A stretch of 64,000 nucleotides of DNA, taken from the NCBI GenBank assembly GCA_018362895.1, contig JAHALR010000002.1:400-64399 (forward strand), written 5' to 3'. This DNA is from Clostridium sp. (GTDB lineage Bacteria > Cyanobacteriota > Vampirovibrionia > Gastranaerophilales > Gastranaerophilaceae). Numbering within the stretch: position 1 is the first letter of the stretch; each line of letters opens with the position of its first letter. The notes beneath the pieces are model-generated. The model was not told the origin of the DNA. It searched no databases and saw nothing but the letters and a program-made list of their open reading frames with translations. A program made the translations under genes and the position numbers. Below are positions 29,070 to 38,508 of this stretch, in pieces.

Positions 29070-30000
29070 AAAAATTGCAATCACACTCGGTGATTTTAAC
29101 GGCATAGGTCCCGAAGTCACAGTTAGAGCTTTGAACAAACTTAATCTTCCTATTGAGAATGTTGTTGTAATCGGCTCTGAAAAACTTTTAAAGGGACTCG
29201 AAAGAAGATACGAGATTTTAGACATTCCTTTTGCAGAATCGGATTTGAATTTTGGCAAAGAAACAAAAGAGGCAGGCGAGTTTTCTTATAAATGTTTGAT
29301 AAAGGCATGTGAGCTGGCTAAACAAAAGCTGGTGAGCGCGATAGTCACTGCTCCTGTTTCAAAAAACGCACTCCACCTTGCCGGGCATATTTTTTCCGGA
29401 CAAACAGAGGTGCTGGAAAAAAATCTTGCTGATTTTTCGAACGGAGAAAAAGCTGAAATGCTCTTTGTTGCAGGCGATTTTCGTGTTTTGCTTTTGACAA
29501 GACATATTGCTTTAAAAGATGTGAAAATCACAAAAGAACTCTTGATTGAGAAAATAAAAAGAATAAATTCAGTGATGAAGAATCGCTTTGGCATACAAAA
29601 TCCGAATATTGCATTGTGCTCGTTGAATCCCCACGCAGGTGAGCACGGGATTCTTGGTGATGAGGAAATCAAGGAGTTTTTGCCTGCGCTGAAACATTTG
29701 AGGTCCGAAGGGCTTCAGGTTTCTGAGCCTATGCCGTCTGATACACTTTTTGTGAAAGCTTCAAGACCCTATCTTTCGGGTGAGACTCAGCCTTATGATG
29801 TTTATTGCGCTTGTTATCACGATCAGGGGCTTATTCCGATTAAGGTGCTTGCGATGGATGAAACTGTAAATATGACAGTCGGGCTCTCTGTCATCAGAAC
29901 ATCGCCTGCCCACGGAACAGCGTATGACATTGCAGGCAAAAACAAAGCCTGTGAATTGAGTATGATAGCTGCAATCGAACAGGCTTTGAAGGTAAATTAA
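29062..30000 (+). CDS. PdxA-family 4-hydroxythreonine-4-phosphate / 4-phospho-D-threonate dehydrogenase (PdxA2-like)
   Basis: KIAITLGDFNGIGPEV, NPHAGE.G, HDQGLIP.K and RTSP.HGTA.DIAG motifs. Start placed at ATG 29062, inside the TTG-initiated ORF from 29053. Confidence 0.9.
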   Translation: MNKKIAITLGDFNGIGPEVTVRALNKLNLPIENVVVIGSEKLLKGLERRYEILDIPFAESDLNFGKETKEAGEFSYKCLIKACELAKQKLVSAIVTAPVSKNALHLAGHIFSGQTEVLEKNLADFSNGEKAEMLFVAGDFRVLLLTRHIALKDVKITKELLIEKIKRINSVMKNRFGIQNPNIALCSLNPHAGEHGILGDEEIKEFLPALKHLRSEGLQVSEPMPSDTLFVKASRPYLSGETQPYDVYCACYHDQGLIPIKVLAMDETVNMTVGLSVIRTSPAHGTAYDIAGKNKACELSMIAAIEQALKVN

Positions 30001-30015
30001 AAATATTTTAAACAG

Positions 30016-30618
30016 TTATTTTTTTTGGAAACCTTCTTGTTGATGTTTAATCTGGTTTAGCTGTGTTTGAACCACTTTTTGAGCTTCTTGAGATGCTGAA
30101 AAATAAGGGTTTTTATTTAAAACTTTTTGTGCATTTTTGAGTGTTTTTATAGCTGAATCAGGGTCATTAAACTCATTGAGCTGAATTTCAGCAATAGCCA
30201 GAGAATCGGTTACAATGTCCTGAATAGTAAAGTCAGCAGCTTTGATTATGAAATAGTCTGTCTTTTTTCTGTCAGCATTTGCAGCTGTGTCAGGAAGTCC
30301 TGCACATTTCAAGATAGACTCGTCAGCTTCTTTCGGGGTCATTGAAAGAAGACATTTGTTAAATATTTTGCCTCTGTAAAATTTCAGGATTTTTTCATTT
30401 TCAATTACTCTTACTTTTTGAATTTTCACTGCTTCTTCATATTTTTTTTGTTCGGAAATGTTCATTATGTAGTACTGGCATGATGGTGCAATAACCATTT
30501 TACAGACATCTGGAAAGTCTTTTGTCAGGTCTTTGAAGTAAAAACTTTTCCATATGGCTGTAATGCTTACGAGTATTACAAAAATTATTGAATAAATTAA
30601 AGCTTTTTTCTTTGTCAT
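30016..30618 (-). CDS. Hypothetical membrane-anchored protein (200 aa)
   Basis: Single N-terminal TM helix. No recognised domain. Confidence 0.55.
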   Translation of the reverse strand: MTKKKALIYSIIFVILVSITAIWKSFYFKDLTKDFPDVCKMVIAPSCQYYIMNISEQKKYEEAVKIQKVRVIENEKILKFYRGKIFNKCLLSMTPKEADESILKCAGLPDTAANADRKKTDYFIIKAADFTIQDIVTDSLAIAEIQLNEFNDPDSAIKTLKNAQKVLNKNPYFSASQEAQKVVQTQLNQIKHQQEGFQKK

Positions 30619-30745
30619 AATTGTTCCTTTCAGGCTTTTATAATTTTATCTTAATAACTATAACATATATGTATACTAACAGGGAATACAATTTTTTAAA
30701 TTAGTCTTTATAATACGTTCATGTAAAAAACTGAAAGGACTTGCA

Positions 30746-31156
30746 ATGACAAAAATCTTAGAAATGTATAAATGTAATATATGTGGAAATATAGTAGAAG
30801 TCGTTATTCCCGGCGCAGGCGAACTGGTTTGCTGCGGTCAGCCAATGGAAAGAATGAGAGAACAAACCGAGGGTGAAGAAATGGTTGGTGAAAAACATGT
30901 CCCGGTTATTTCAAAAACAGAAAACGGAGTTGAAATCAAAGTCGGATCTGTACCTCATCCTATGGAAGACAACCACTATATTATGTTCATTGAAGCAAAT
31001 TCTCCGGATAAAAGATATGTAAAAAGAAAATATTTGTTCCCGCATGAAGAACCTGTGTTAAAATTAAAATGCGACTGTGATAATGTGGTCGCAAGAGAGT
31101 TATGTAATATCCACGGGTTGTGGATTTCAGAAGAATGGAGTGATAAAGATGATTAG
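30746..31156 (+). CDS. dfx: Desulfoferrodoxin (2Fe superoxide reductase)
   Basis: N-terminal desulforedoxin-like YKCNICGNIVEVV...LVCCGQPM. C-terminal SOR ligands EKHVPV, HPME.NHYI and CNIHGLW. Confidence 0.9.
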   Translation: MTKILEMYKCNICGNIVEVVIPGAGELVCCGQPMERMREQTEGEEMVGEKHVPVISKTENGVEIKVGSVPHPMEDNHYIMFIEANSPDKRYVKRKYLFPHEEPVLKLKCDCDNVVARELCNIHGLWISEEWSDKDD

Positions 31157-31658
31157 TGAAAAAATGAATCAAGCTTTTAATAAGCAAATCAAAGATGAAA
31201 TGTATTCTTCAAATCTTTACCTTTCAATGGTAGCTTATTTTGAAGAAATAGGTCTTAAAGGTTTTGCGAACTGGATGAGAGTTCAGGTTCAAGAAGAAAA
31301 CGCTCACGCAATGGGACTTTTTGACTACCTCATTTCAAGAGACGGCTGTGTTTCTATTGAAGCAATCGAAAAACCTCAAACAACATGGGATTCTCCTCTT
31401 GCTTGTTTTGAAGCAGTTTATAAACATGAACAGCTTGTTACTTCTTTGATTAATGAGCTTGTAGATGTAGCAGAACAGGAAAAAGACAGAGCTGCTGTTT
31501 CATTTTTGCAATGGTATATAAAAGAACAGGTTGAAGAAGAAGCAAACTGTTCTGAAATTTGTGCAAAACTTAAGCTCATCGGCGACGACAAACACGCACT
31601 TTTATTGATTGATAGTGAACTTGGCGCAAGAACTTATGTTGCACCGACAATTGCATAA
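31149..31658 (+). CDS. ftnA: Non-heme ferritin
   Basis: MNQAFNKQIKDEMYSSNLYLSM..YF......GFANWM..Q..EE..HA is the ferritin di-iron motif. Start at ATG 31149 overlaps the dfx stop. The longer ORF from 31077 is a read-in. Confidence 0.9.
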   Translation: MISEKMNQAFNKQIKDEMYSSNLYLSMVAYFEEIGLKGFANWMRVQVQEENAHAMGLFDYLISRDGCVSIEAIEKPQTTWDSPLACFEAVYKHEQLVTSLINELVDVAEQEKDRAAVSFLQWYIKEQVEEEANCSEICAKLKLIGDDKHALLLIDSELGARTYVAPTIA

Positions 31659-31681
31659 TTTGCAAATGTAAATTGTTTTTA

Positions 31682-31725
31682 AATCATAAATCCACAACCT
31701 TCATACGGTTTGTGGATTTATGATT
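31682..31725. terminator. Long perfect hairpin between convergent genes (putative bidirectional terminator)
   Basis: AATCATAAATCCACAA(12-nt loop)TTGTGGATTTATGATT, a 16-bp stem. The T-tract is weak. Confidence 0.6.
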
Positions 31726-31743
31726 GTTAATGCTCTTCAAAAA

Positions 31744-33333
31744 CTAGCCTATATCCTGCTTGAACTCTTTGCCGCCCACGATTTTCAAATGTCTCTCGTG
31801 ACCGTCTCCTATGCTGATTGAGTTCAGATTGTGCTGTTCAACAAGCTCATGCTGCATTTTTCTAATCTGCTGGTTTTGAGGTGAAAGTTCTATGTCCTCG
31901 CCGTTTTCAAGAACTTTTTGAATAGCTTCTTTTGCTTCGTCAAGCGCTTCTTCTGTTTCATCGTGAAAAACCACTGTGTTGTCGTCTTTTAAGCCGAGCG
32001 CTTCTTTCAGCACTTTTTGCACCTGTGATGTAGAGTTTGAACGCACGTAATAAATCGGCAGCCTGTATTCGTTTGCTATGCTGAGAATTTTGTTGCCGCT
32101 TTTGGCAAAATTCTTGTGAGCAATGATTATGTCAGCATCATCAATGTTTTTTGTCAGCTCAGCGTTGAGATTCAGTCTCTCAATGGACTTGTCCATAATC
32201 GAACGGCTTACTGCGTAAATATAGATTTTCTTGTAACCTTTGACTTCGTTTACATATTTTTCTCTTGAAAAACTGAAGTTCAGGGCATTGTTTGCCGAGG
32301 TAATCTTGCTGTCGAGCTGGTTTATTTTTTCCACAAGATTCGGCTCCGGCGGCTGAGTCATATCAACCTTTCTTATGACGGGTTTTATCGGCCAGCCTCT
32401 TAAAATACAATCAACAGCTTCCGAAGTGTTAGGATAAACCGCCAGAGTGTTTCTGTCGATGATTTCAATTACTATATCAAAAGTGGGTTGTTTTTCCCTT
32501 TCAAGAACTGTTTTCTGGCAGGCTCTTCTTTTTGCTTCGTCATCACCTAATGTTACGGATTGAATTCCTCCGACAAGGTCGGAGAGTACAGGGTTTTTGA
32601 TTAAGTTTTCAAGCGAGTTGCCGTGTGCTGTTGCAATGAGCATTACGCCGCGTTCAGCTATGGTTCTGGCTGCTTGAGCTTCTGCCTCTGTACCGATTTC
32701 ATCCACCACAATGACCTCGGGTGTGTGGTTTTCGACCGCTTCAATCATTATATCTTTTTGAAATTCCGGCTGTGTAACCTGCATTCTTCTTGCGTGACCG
32801 ATAGCAGGGTGAGGAGTGTCTCCGTCTCCTGCAATTTCATTTGATGTATCAACAACAACAACTCTCTTGTGAAGTTCATCAGCAACAAGTCTGGAGATTT
32901 CTCTCAATTTTGTTGTTTTTCCTACACCCGGACGTCCTAAAAACAAAATACTTTTATTTTGTATGACAAAATCCTTTATGCAAGCAATTGTACCTGTAAC
33001 AACTCTCCCTATTCTGCAAGTCAGACCGACAATTTTCCCCTGTCTGTTCCTTATGGCGCTGATTCTGTGGAGTGTGCCCGGAATGCCCGAACGATTGTCT
33101 TTTGTGAACTCCTGAACCCTGTCTGTGATGTATTTGATGTCTTCATCGACAATATTTTCTTCTCCGAGATAATCAATACTGCCGTTTGCGTGCCTGATTT
33201 CGGGCTGCCGGCCCAAATCCAAAACCAGCTCAATTACATCGTTTAATGTTTCATGGCTCAAACACTTTGTAATTTTCGGTGGTAGAATTTCAATTAACCT
33301 ATCCAGGTCACTGTGAAATTGTACTTTGTTCAT
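31744..33333 (-). CDS. Ycf45/SpoIIIAA-like AAA ATPase with a C-terminal R3H-type domain
   Basis: LFLGRPGVGKTTKLREI, VVVVDTSNEIAGDGDTPHPAIG.ARRMQV, VIVVDEIGTE.E..AA.TIAERGV.LIATAHG. Confidence 0.85.
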   Translation of the reverse strand: MNKVQFHSDLDRLIEILPPKITKCLSHETLNDVIELVLDLGRQPEIRHANGSIDYLGEENIVDEDIKYITDRVQEFTKDNRSGIPGTLHRISAIRNRQGKIVGLTCRIGRVVTGTIACIKDFVIQNKSILFLGRPGVGKTTKLREISRLVADELHKRVVVVDTSNEIAGDGDTPHPAIGHARRMQVTQPEFQKDIMIEAVENHTPEVIVVDEIGTEAEAQAARTIAERGVMLIATAHGNSLENLIKNPVLSDLVGGIQSVTLGDDEAKRRACQKTVLEREKQPTFDIVIEIIDRNTLAVYPNTSEAVDCILRGWPIKPVIRKVDMTQPPEPNLVEKINQLDSKITSANNALNFSFSREKYVNEVKGYKKIYIYAVSRSIMDKSIERLNLNAELTKNIDDADIIIAHKNFAKSGNKILSIANEYRLPIYYVRSNSTSQVQKVLKEALGLKDDNTVVFHDETEEALDEAKEAIQKVLENGEDIELSPQNQQIRKMQHELVEQHNLNSISIGDGHERHLKIVGGKEFKQDIG

Positions 33334-33628
33334 ATATCTTAATGCCCTTTCAGTCGGCTGATACCTTTTTCAGGTTTCGGGTGTCCTTTGACTCTCCTTT
33401 TTCGTTCTTTTTTTTCTTACTTACATGTACATTATAACATTTTTTTTAAACGGGGGCATTATCTAAACGTACTACCTGCGTAGTAAATTTACATATCTTT
33501 ATAAAAACATTCACAGTGTTTTTCCTCTTCTCTTACAGGCTTTTTGCCCCTATCGTGCGTTTGTATGATGTGTTTCACCCTTGAATCTTGTAGAATTTTT
33601 TTAATTTACAAGCCATAAGGAGGCTTTT

Positions 33629-34177
33629 ATGTTGAGTTCAATTTCCCTTTCAAGTGTTTTTTTCTGGATAGCAGTCGTTTCTACGCTTTTGTTCATCCTG
33701 AAACTAATAATCTTTTTCTTTACTGGCGGAGATTCAGAGCTTTCTTTTGATTTTGATTCCGTAACGGAAACTGACACCTCTTTCAATTTTCTCTCAGTTG
33801 AGTCTGTGCTTACCTTTTTTATGGGGTTTGGCTGGATTGGTCTTGCTTTCTATTCGGTATTTTTTATGCCGGTATGGATGTGCTTTTTTGCCGGAATAAT
33901 GTTCGGTCTGTTGTTTGCTTGCCTTTATGCCTTTTTGATGATTAACATAAAAAAACTCGATCAGAAATCAGGTGTGAAGATTGAAGAATGTGTAGGAGCT
34001 GAGGGCAGGGCTTATGTGAACATTGCCCCTCGAGCTGAAGGAAGAGCAGAGCTTACAATAAACTCAAAACTTTCTGTTGTCAAAGTTTTTAATGACACTG
34101 ATGAAGAAATAACTTCTTTCACGCCTGTTGTTGTGAACAGAACAGATGACAATAAATTGTATATAGTGAAAAAATAA
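33629..34177 (+). CDS. NfeD-family membrane protein
   Basis: Several TM helices plus a C-terminal OB-like segment (GAEGRAYV...GRAELTINSK..VVKV). Immediately upstream of the flotillin gene. Confidence 0.75.
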   Translation: MLSSISLSSVFFWIAVVSTLLFILKLIIFFFTGGDSELSFDFDSVTETDTSFNFLSVESVLTFFMGFGWIGLAFYSVFFMPVWMCFFAGIMFGLLFACLYAFLMINIKKLDQKSGVKIEECVGAEGRAYVNIAPRAEGRAELTINSKLSVVKVFNDTDEEITSFTPVVVNRTDDNKLYIVKK

Positions 34178-34197
34178 TAAATAAAAAGGAGAAAAAA

Positions 34198-35631
34198 ATG
34201 TTCTTAGACCCCGTTATCTTCGGATTTTTAGGCATTCCTGCCTTAATTCTTCTGGCTGCATTGATTTTCATTGCTAACCAGTACAAACGCTGCCCGTCTA
34301 ACAAAATTATCGTAGTTTACGGTAAAACGGGCGGACACAAAACCGCAAAATGTGTGCACGGCGGCGGTACTTTTATCATCCCTCTTATTCAAGACTACGG
34401 GGTTTTGCCGTTGGAGCCTATGACAACTGATATTGATCTTAAAGGTGCACTTTCAAAAGGAAACATTCGTGTTGCTGTTCCATCTACTTTTACTTTCGGA
34501 ATTTCAACTGATGAAACTATTATGATTAACGCAGCGGAACGTCTTCTTGGCTTGAGCAAAGAAGAGATTATCACCCAGGCAAGCGACATCATTCTCGGTC
34601 AGTTACGTCTGGCTATCGCTACTTTGACAATCGAGGAAATAAATCAAGACAGAGAAAAATTTCTCGAGCAGATTAACGCAAACGTAAATACTGAGCTTAC
34701 AAAAATCGGGCTTGAAATCATCAACGTAAACATAAAAGATATTACTGATGAATCAGGTTATATCGATGCTATCGGTAAAAAAGCAGCAGCAGAAGCTATC
34801 AACAAAGCAAAAGTTGAAGTTGCACAACAGGAAAAACTCGGTGCTGTTGGTGAAGCTGAAGCTAACAAAGAAAAAGAAGTTCAAGTGGCAGAACAAACTG
34901 CACAAACCGAAATCGGTAAAACAAATGCGGACAAAGACCAGCGTATCAAAACAGCCAGCCTTGAAGCTGAAGCGGTTGAAGGTGAAAATATTGCGAAAGC
35001 TAACATTGCTGACTACAACGCTACTCTTGCAGTAAAACAGGCAGAAGCTCTTAAGCTCGGTGAAGTTGCTAAAGCAAATGCAGAGCGTGATGTTTTAATG
35101 GCTCAAAAAGAACAGGAAGAAGCCAGACTCAAGAAGGAAGAACTTGCCAGACAGGAAGTTGAAAAACTCAAAATTCAAGTTCAGGCTGATGCAGAAGCTG
35201 AAAAAGCAAGAAGAATTGCACTCGGTGAGGCTGATGCAATCAAAGCAAAATACTTTGCTGAAGCAGAAGGTGTGAAAGCAGTTCTTGAAGCTAAGGCAAA
35301 AGGTTATGAAGAACTTGTTAAAATCAGCAACAACAGGCCTGAAATTGCGACAAGCTTCCTTATGATTGAAAAAATAGAAGAAATCGTAGGCAAACAGGTT
35401 GAAGCAATCAAAAATATTAAATTCGACAAAATCACTGTATGGGACGGCGGCTCAGGCTCTCAAAACGGAAGTACGACAGCCAACTTTATGAGAGATTTAA
35501 TCAAGTCACTACCTGCAATGCACGATCTTGCTTCTCAGGCAGGAGTTGAACTTCCTAAGATTCTGGGAAAAGTTGCAGGTTCTGAGGAGTCCAAACCTGC
35601 GGAAACAGAAGTTTCTGAAACAAAAGAATAA
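34198..35631 (+). CDS. Flotillin (SPFH/band-7 domain protein)
   Basis: N-terminal TM helix, SPFH domain, then a long EA-rich coiled coil (AEAEKARRIALGEADAIKAKYFAEAEG). Confidence 0.9.
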   Translation: MFLDPVIFGFLGIPALILLAALIFIANQYKRCPSNKIIVVYGKTGGHKTAKCVHGGGTFIIPLIQDYGVLPLEPMTTDIDLKGALSKGNIRVAVPSTFTFGISTDETIMINAAERLLGLSKEEIITQASDIILGQLRLAIATLTIEEINQDREKFLEQINANVNTELTKIGLEIINVNIKDITDESGYIDAIGKKAAAEAINKAKVEVAQQEKLGAVGEAEANKEKEVQVAEQTAQTEIGKTNADKDQRIKTASLEAEAVEGENIAKANIADYNATLAVKQAEALKLGEVAKANAERDVLMAQKEQEEARLKKEELARQEVEKLKIQVQADAEAEKARRIALGEADAIKAKYFAEAEGVKAVLEAKAKGYEELVKISNNRPEIATSFLMIEKIEEIVGKQVEAIKNIKFDKITVWDGGSGSQNGSTTANFMRDLIKSLPAMHDLASQAGVELPKILGKVAGSEESKPAETEVSETKE

Positions 35632-35644
35632 TCATAAAAAGGTT

Positions 35645-35682
35645 AAAAAAACTCCCTGTTTATCATATCAGGGAGTTTTTTT
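35645..35682. terminator. Bidirectional rho-independent terminator
   Basis: A6-ACTCCCTG(10-nt loop)CAGGGAGT-T7. Overlaps the stop of the minus-strand TPR gene. Confidence 0.7.
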
Positions 35683-36376
35683 ATTGGGCATGAAGATTTT
35701 TCAAATCCTCCGGTGATATGTCTTCTTCTGAATCAAGGCTGTCATCTTGAAATACGTTGTAGGTTTCGTAGTTTGTATTTATGGCATCCAAGCCTCCGAG
35801 ACGGGCTTTTGCCGTGACATCACCTGGGTTGATTTTTGCTGCATTGGTGTAATGATATCTTGCTTTTTTTATATCATCAAGCTTTTCATAACAGATACCC
35901 AGCTTCATATTTATTTTGTAATCATATTTATAACCGTGTGAGTATGCAAAGTAATAAAAATCAATTGCCTGAGTGTATTCACCTTCTTCAAAAAAGGTTT
36001 CTCCAAGATAGTAGTTTACTTTCGGGTTTAGCTCGTTTACATTCAAAGCAATCATCAGATTGTTTTTTGCATCCCTTGTTCTGCCCTGAATCAGAGCAAT
36101 TCTGGCTCTGCCGATGAAGGCGTTTTGGTTGGACATATCAAGCCTGTTTGCCTGATAGTAGAAGTATTTTGCTGCATTAAGGTATCTGTCTTGATTAGCT
36201 TTTCTTTTGTCTGTGTCTTTAAGCCCTTCATAAAAGTTTAAGATTTTGTCTCCTTTTACACAGTATGTATTTGCTTCGGAGGCTGTCGGAGTTTCTCTTG
36301 AAAAAGCTTTGTTTGAAAGCCCTGAGCAGGTTGCAGTCAAAAAAATCATTAAAAAAACAGTTAGTATTTTATTCAT
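35681..36376 (-). CDS. Secreted TPR/Sel1-like repeat protein
   Basis: Signal peptide, then repeats of the A..YY..A........A...LG..Y type. Confidence 0.75.
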   Translation of the reverse strand: MNKILTVFLMIFLTATCSGLSNKAFSRETPTASEANTYCVKGDKILNFYEGLKDTDKRKANQDRYLNAAKYFYYQANRLDMSNQNAFIGRARIALIQGRTRDAKNNLMIALNVNELNPKVNYYLGETFFEEGEYTQAIDFYYFAYSHGYKYDYKINMKLGICYEKLDDIKKARYHYTNAAKINPGDVTAKARLGGLDAINTNYETYNVFQDDSLDSEEDISPEDLKNLHAQ

Positions 36377-36490
36377 AAAAAAATTAAACTTAATAATTCA
36401 CAACATTATTATTATAACACTTTTAACATGTGATATAAATATTATAGATAGTCTAAATGTAAATGAAGAAAGTCAGGGCAAAAGGAGCAA

Positions 36491-36994
36491 GTGTTACCGG
36501 AAGTTTTTTATTTTTACCTGTTATTTTTTGCGGTGCTGGGTGCATCAATAGGGGTGATTGCAGCTCCGAGGATGTTCATTGCTCTAATTGCGTTTTTTGT
36601 TATGATATGTGTCACGAGCCTGTTATATCTGACACTCAATGCTTCTTATATGGCAATATTTCAGTTTATACTCTGTGCTGTTGTTCTTTGTGTTTATATA
36701 TTTCTTCTTCTTAAAAAAATCAGCAGATTGAATTTAAAACTCAAGCTTGTTCCTTTTGCTAAACTATGTGCAGGCGTTTTGTTTACCGTGCTTTTTGGCG
36801 TGTTGTGCTGTTTGTTTGTGAATCAGGAGTTTTCGAATTCCCTTTATTCGATTTTTAATTTCATAACCGAAAAATCTTCTGATTCGGTAGATTTCAGCAG
36901 TCATATTTTTCCGTTTCATCTTGTGATATTGCTTGTTTTAATATCAGCTGTTGTTATCAGAGTATTTCTGTCAAACAGGAGTGAGGATACATAG
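36491..36994 (+). CDS. nuoJ: NADH-quinone oxidoreductase subunit J-like protein
   Basis: GTG start after AAGGAG. The TM pattern and LYLTLNASYMAIFQFILCAVVLCVYIFLL resemble NuoJ/NdhG. Followed by nuoK. Confidence 0.75.
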   Translation: MLPEVFYFYLLFFAVLGASIGVIAAPRMFIALIAFFVMICVTSLLYLTLNASYMAIFQFILCAVVLCVYIFLLLKKISRLNLKLKLVPFAKLCAGVLFTVLFGVLCCLFVNQEFSNSLYSIFNFITEKSSDSVDFSSHIFPFHLVILLVLISAVVIRVFLSNRSEDT

Positions 36995-36996
36995 AT

Positions 36997-37332
36997 ATGA
37001 ATGATTTTCTCAATATGATTTTGAATGTAGGGCTGCTTCATTATCTTGTTCTTGCGCTTTTGATGTTTTTGACGGGATTGTGCGGAGTGTTGATTTCGAG
37101 GAACCTTGTCAGAATAATAATGTCCCTTTTTATTATGACTATATCTGTTGTGATAAACTTTCTTGCTTTTGGCTGTTATTGTGACAGGTCGCTTGAGAAT
37201 GCAAACATGATGGGCATTTTTATTCTTTTGATAGCGGTTGTTCAGGCTGTTGTTGCGCTTGTTATCCTATACAAAATTTATCAGGCAAACATATACCTCG
37301 ATTCTGAAAAAATCAAAGATAAGGAGAATTAA
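36997..37332 (+). CDS. nuoK: NADH-quinone oxidoreductase subunit K-like protein
   Basis: About 100 aa with 3 TM helices. LHYLVLALLMFLTGLCGVLISRNLVRIIMSL..M is typical of NuoK/NdhE. Confidence 0.85.
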   Translation: MNDFLNMILNVGLLHYLVLALLMFLTGLCGVLISRNLVRIIMSLFIMTISVVINFLAFGCYCDRSLENANMMGIFILLIAVVQAVVALVILYKIYQANIYLDSEKIKDKEN

Positions 37333-38489
37333 TGGAGTTTTTTGTTGAGAATATAAATCTGCTTTTGTTTTTACCTTTGATAGTATGTGCAATTTTGGGT
37401 TTTAACGGGCTGATTTCAAACAGGGTAGAAAAAAATACACTCTTTTCAATAAGCATAGCTGTTGCTTTGATATGCTTAATTTTTGCAGGAGCTGCGTTTG
37501 ATTATTCGGTGTTTAACAACATGTCCGTTTCTTCGAATTTCCCGTGGCTTGCTCTGGACAATATAAATTTTTATCTCGGAACTTATCTTGATAAAATTTC
37601 AGTGTCTTTTCTTCTTGGCTCCGGTGTGCTTTGTGTACTTCTTCAGGTATTTGCCTTCCTGAAACTAAAAGACACTCCTGACTTTAACAGGCTGCTTCTT
37701 TATTTAAACCTGTTTTATTTTGCTTTGAACGGGATTTTTATCAGTCCTAACATATTTCAGTCATATCTTTTCTTTGAAATTGTCGGAGTGGCTGCGTATC
37801 TTTTGATTAATTTTGATTTTTCAAACAGGGATGAGTCTAAAGCAGCAATAAAATCCTTTGTTTTTAACAGAATAGGTGATTTGACCCTGTTATTTTGTGT
37901 TTTAACCATTTTGTATTATGCGGTTGTTTATAATCAACTCACTGATGCAAACAGCCTTTCTTATACAAATATGAACAATGTCTCAGCCAGTATAAACTCG
38001 CTTATGAGCGAGCCGTTGTTTGTATTCTTTTGTTCTATTTTAATGTTTGTAATCGTAATGAAATTTATGCAGGCATTTATCTATCTTACTTTTGAACCTA
38101 AAGAGAATACTTTACTGTCAAAGGTAATTCTTTTTCAAAATGCAATGATTACACTTGCCGGTGTGTATTTGTTTATGAGGCTGAATCCGTTTTTTGTAGA
38201 CCTCGGATTTGACTGGGTATGGACTCTTCTTGTGCTTGCGCTGATGTTTTTGACTCTCGGTGTTTTGAACAAGCTTTTTATACCGTTTTGTAAGATGATG
38301 GGCTGGATTGAAAAATATGTTGTGGAATCTGTAATAAACTTTGCGGAGCTTTTAATCAGAGCATTCTCATATATTTGCACAAAACTTCAGGCAGGAAATT
38401 TTCAGTCTTATCTGATATATTCTCTGATTGGATTGGTTTTGATTTTTGCTTTTGTGCTCATATTCTATGTGCTTTTGATAAAGGTATAA
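37332..38489 (+). CDS. Truncated, divergent NuoL-like antiporter subunit (385 aa)
   Basis: FFEIVGVAAYLLINF....ES.AAIKSFVFNRIGDL matches NuoL TM5-6. LAGVYLFMRLNPFF matches TM8. The C-terminal LQAGNFQSYLIYSLIG matches the NuoL QtG...Y end. Length is roughly 60 percent of typical NuoL. Confidence 0.7.
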   Translation: MEFFVENINLLLFLPLIVCAILGFNGLISNRVEKNTLFSISIAVALICLIFAGAAFDYSVFNNMSVSSNFPWLALDNINFYLGTYLDKISVSFLLGSGVLCVLLQVFAFLKLKDTPDFNRLLLYLNLFYFALNGIFISPNIFQSYLFFEIVGVAAYLLINFDFSNRDESKAAIKSFVFNRIGDLTLLFCVLTILYYAVVYNQLTDANSLSYTNMNNVSASINSLMSEPLFVFFCSILMFVIVMKFMQAFIYLTFEPKENTLLSKVILFQNAMITLAGVYLFMRLNPFFVDLGFDWVWTLLVLALMFLTLGVLNKLFIPFCKMMGWIEKYVVESVINFAELLIRAFSYICTKLQAGNFQSYLIYSLIGLVLIFAFVLIFYVLLIKV

Positions 38490-38508
38490 TAATTTTTAGG
38501 AGTAATTT

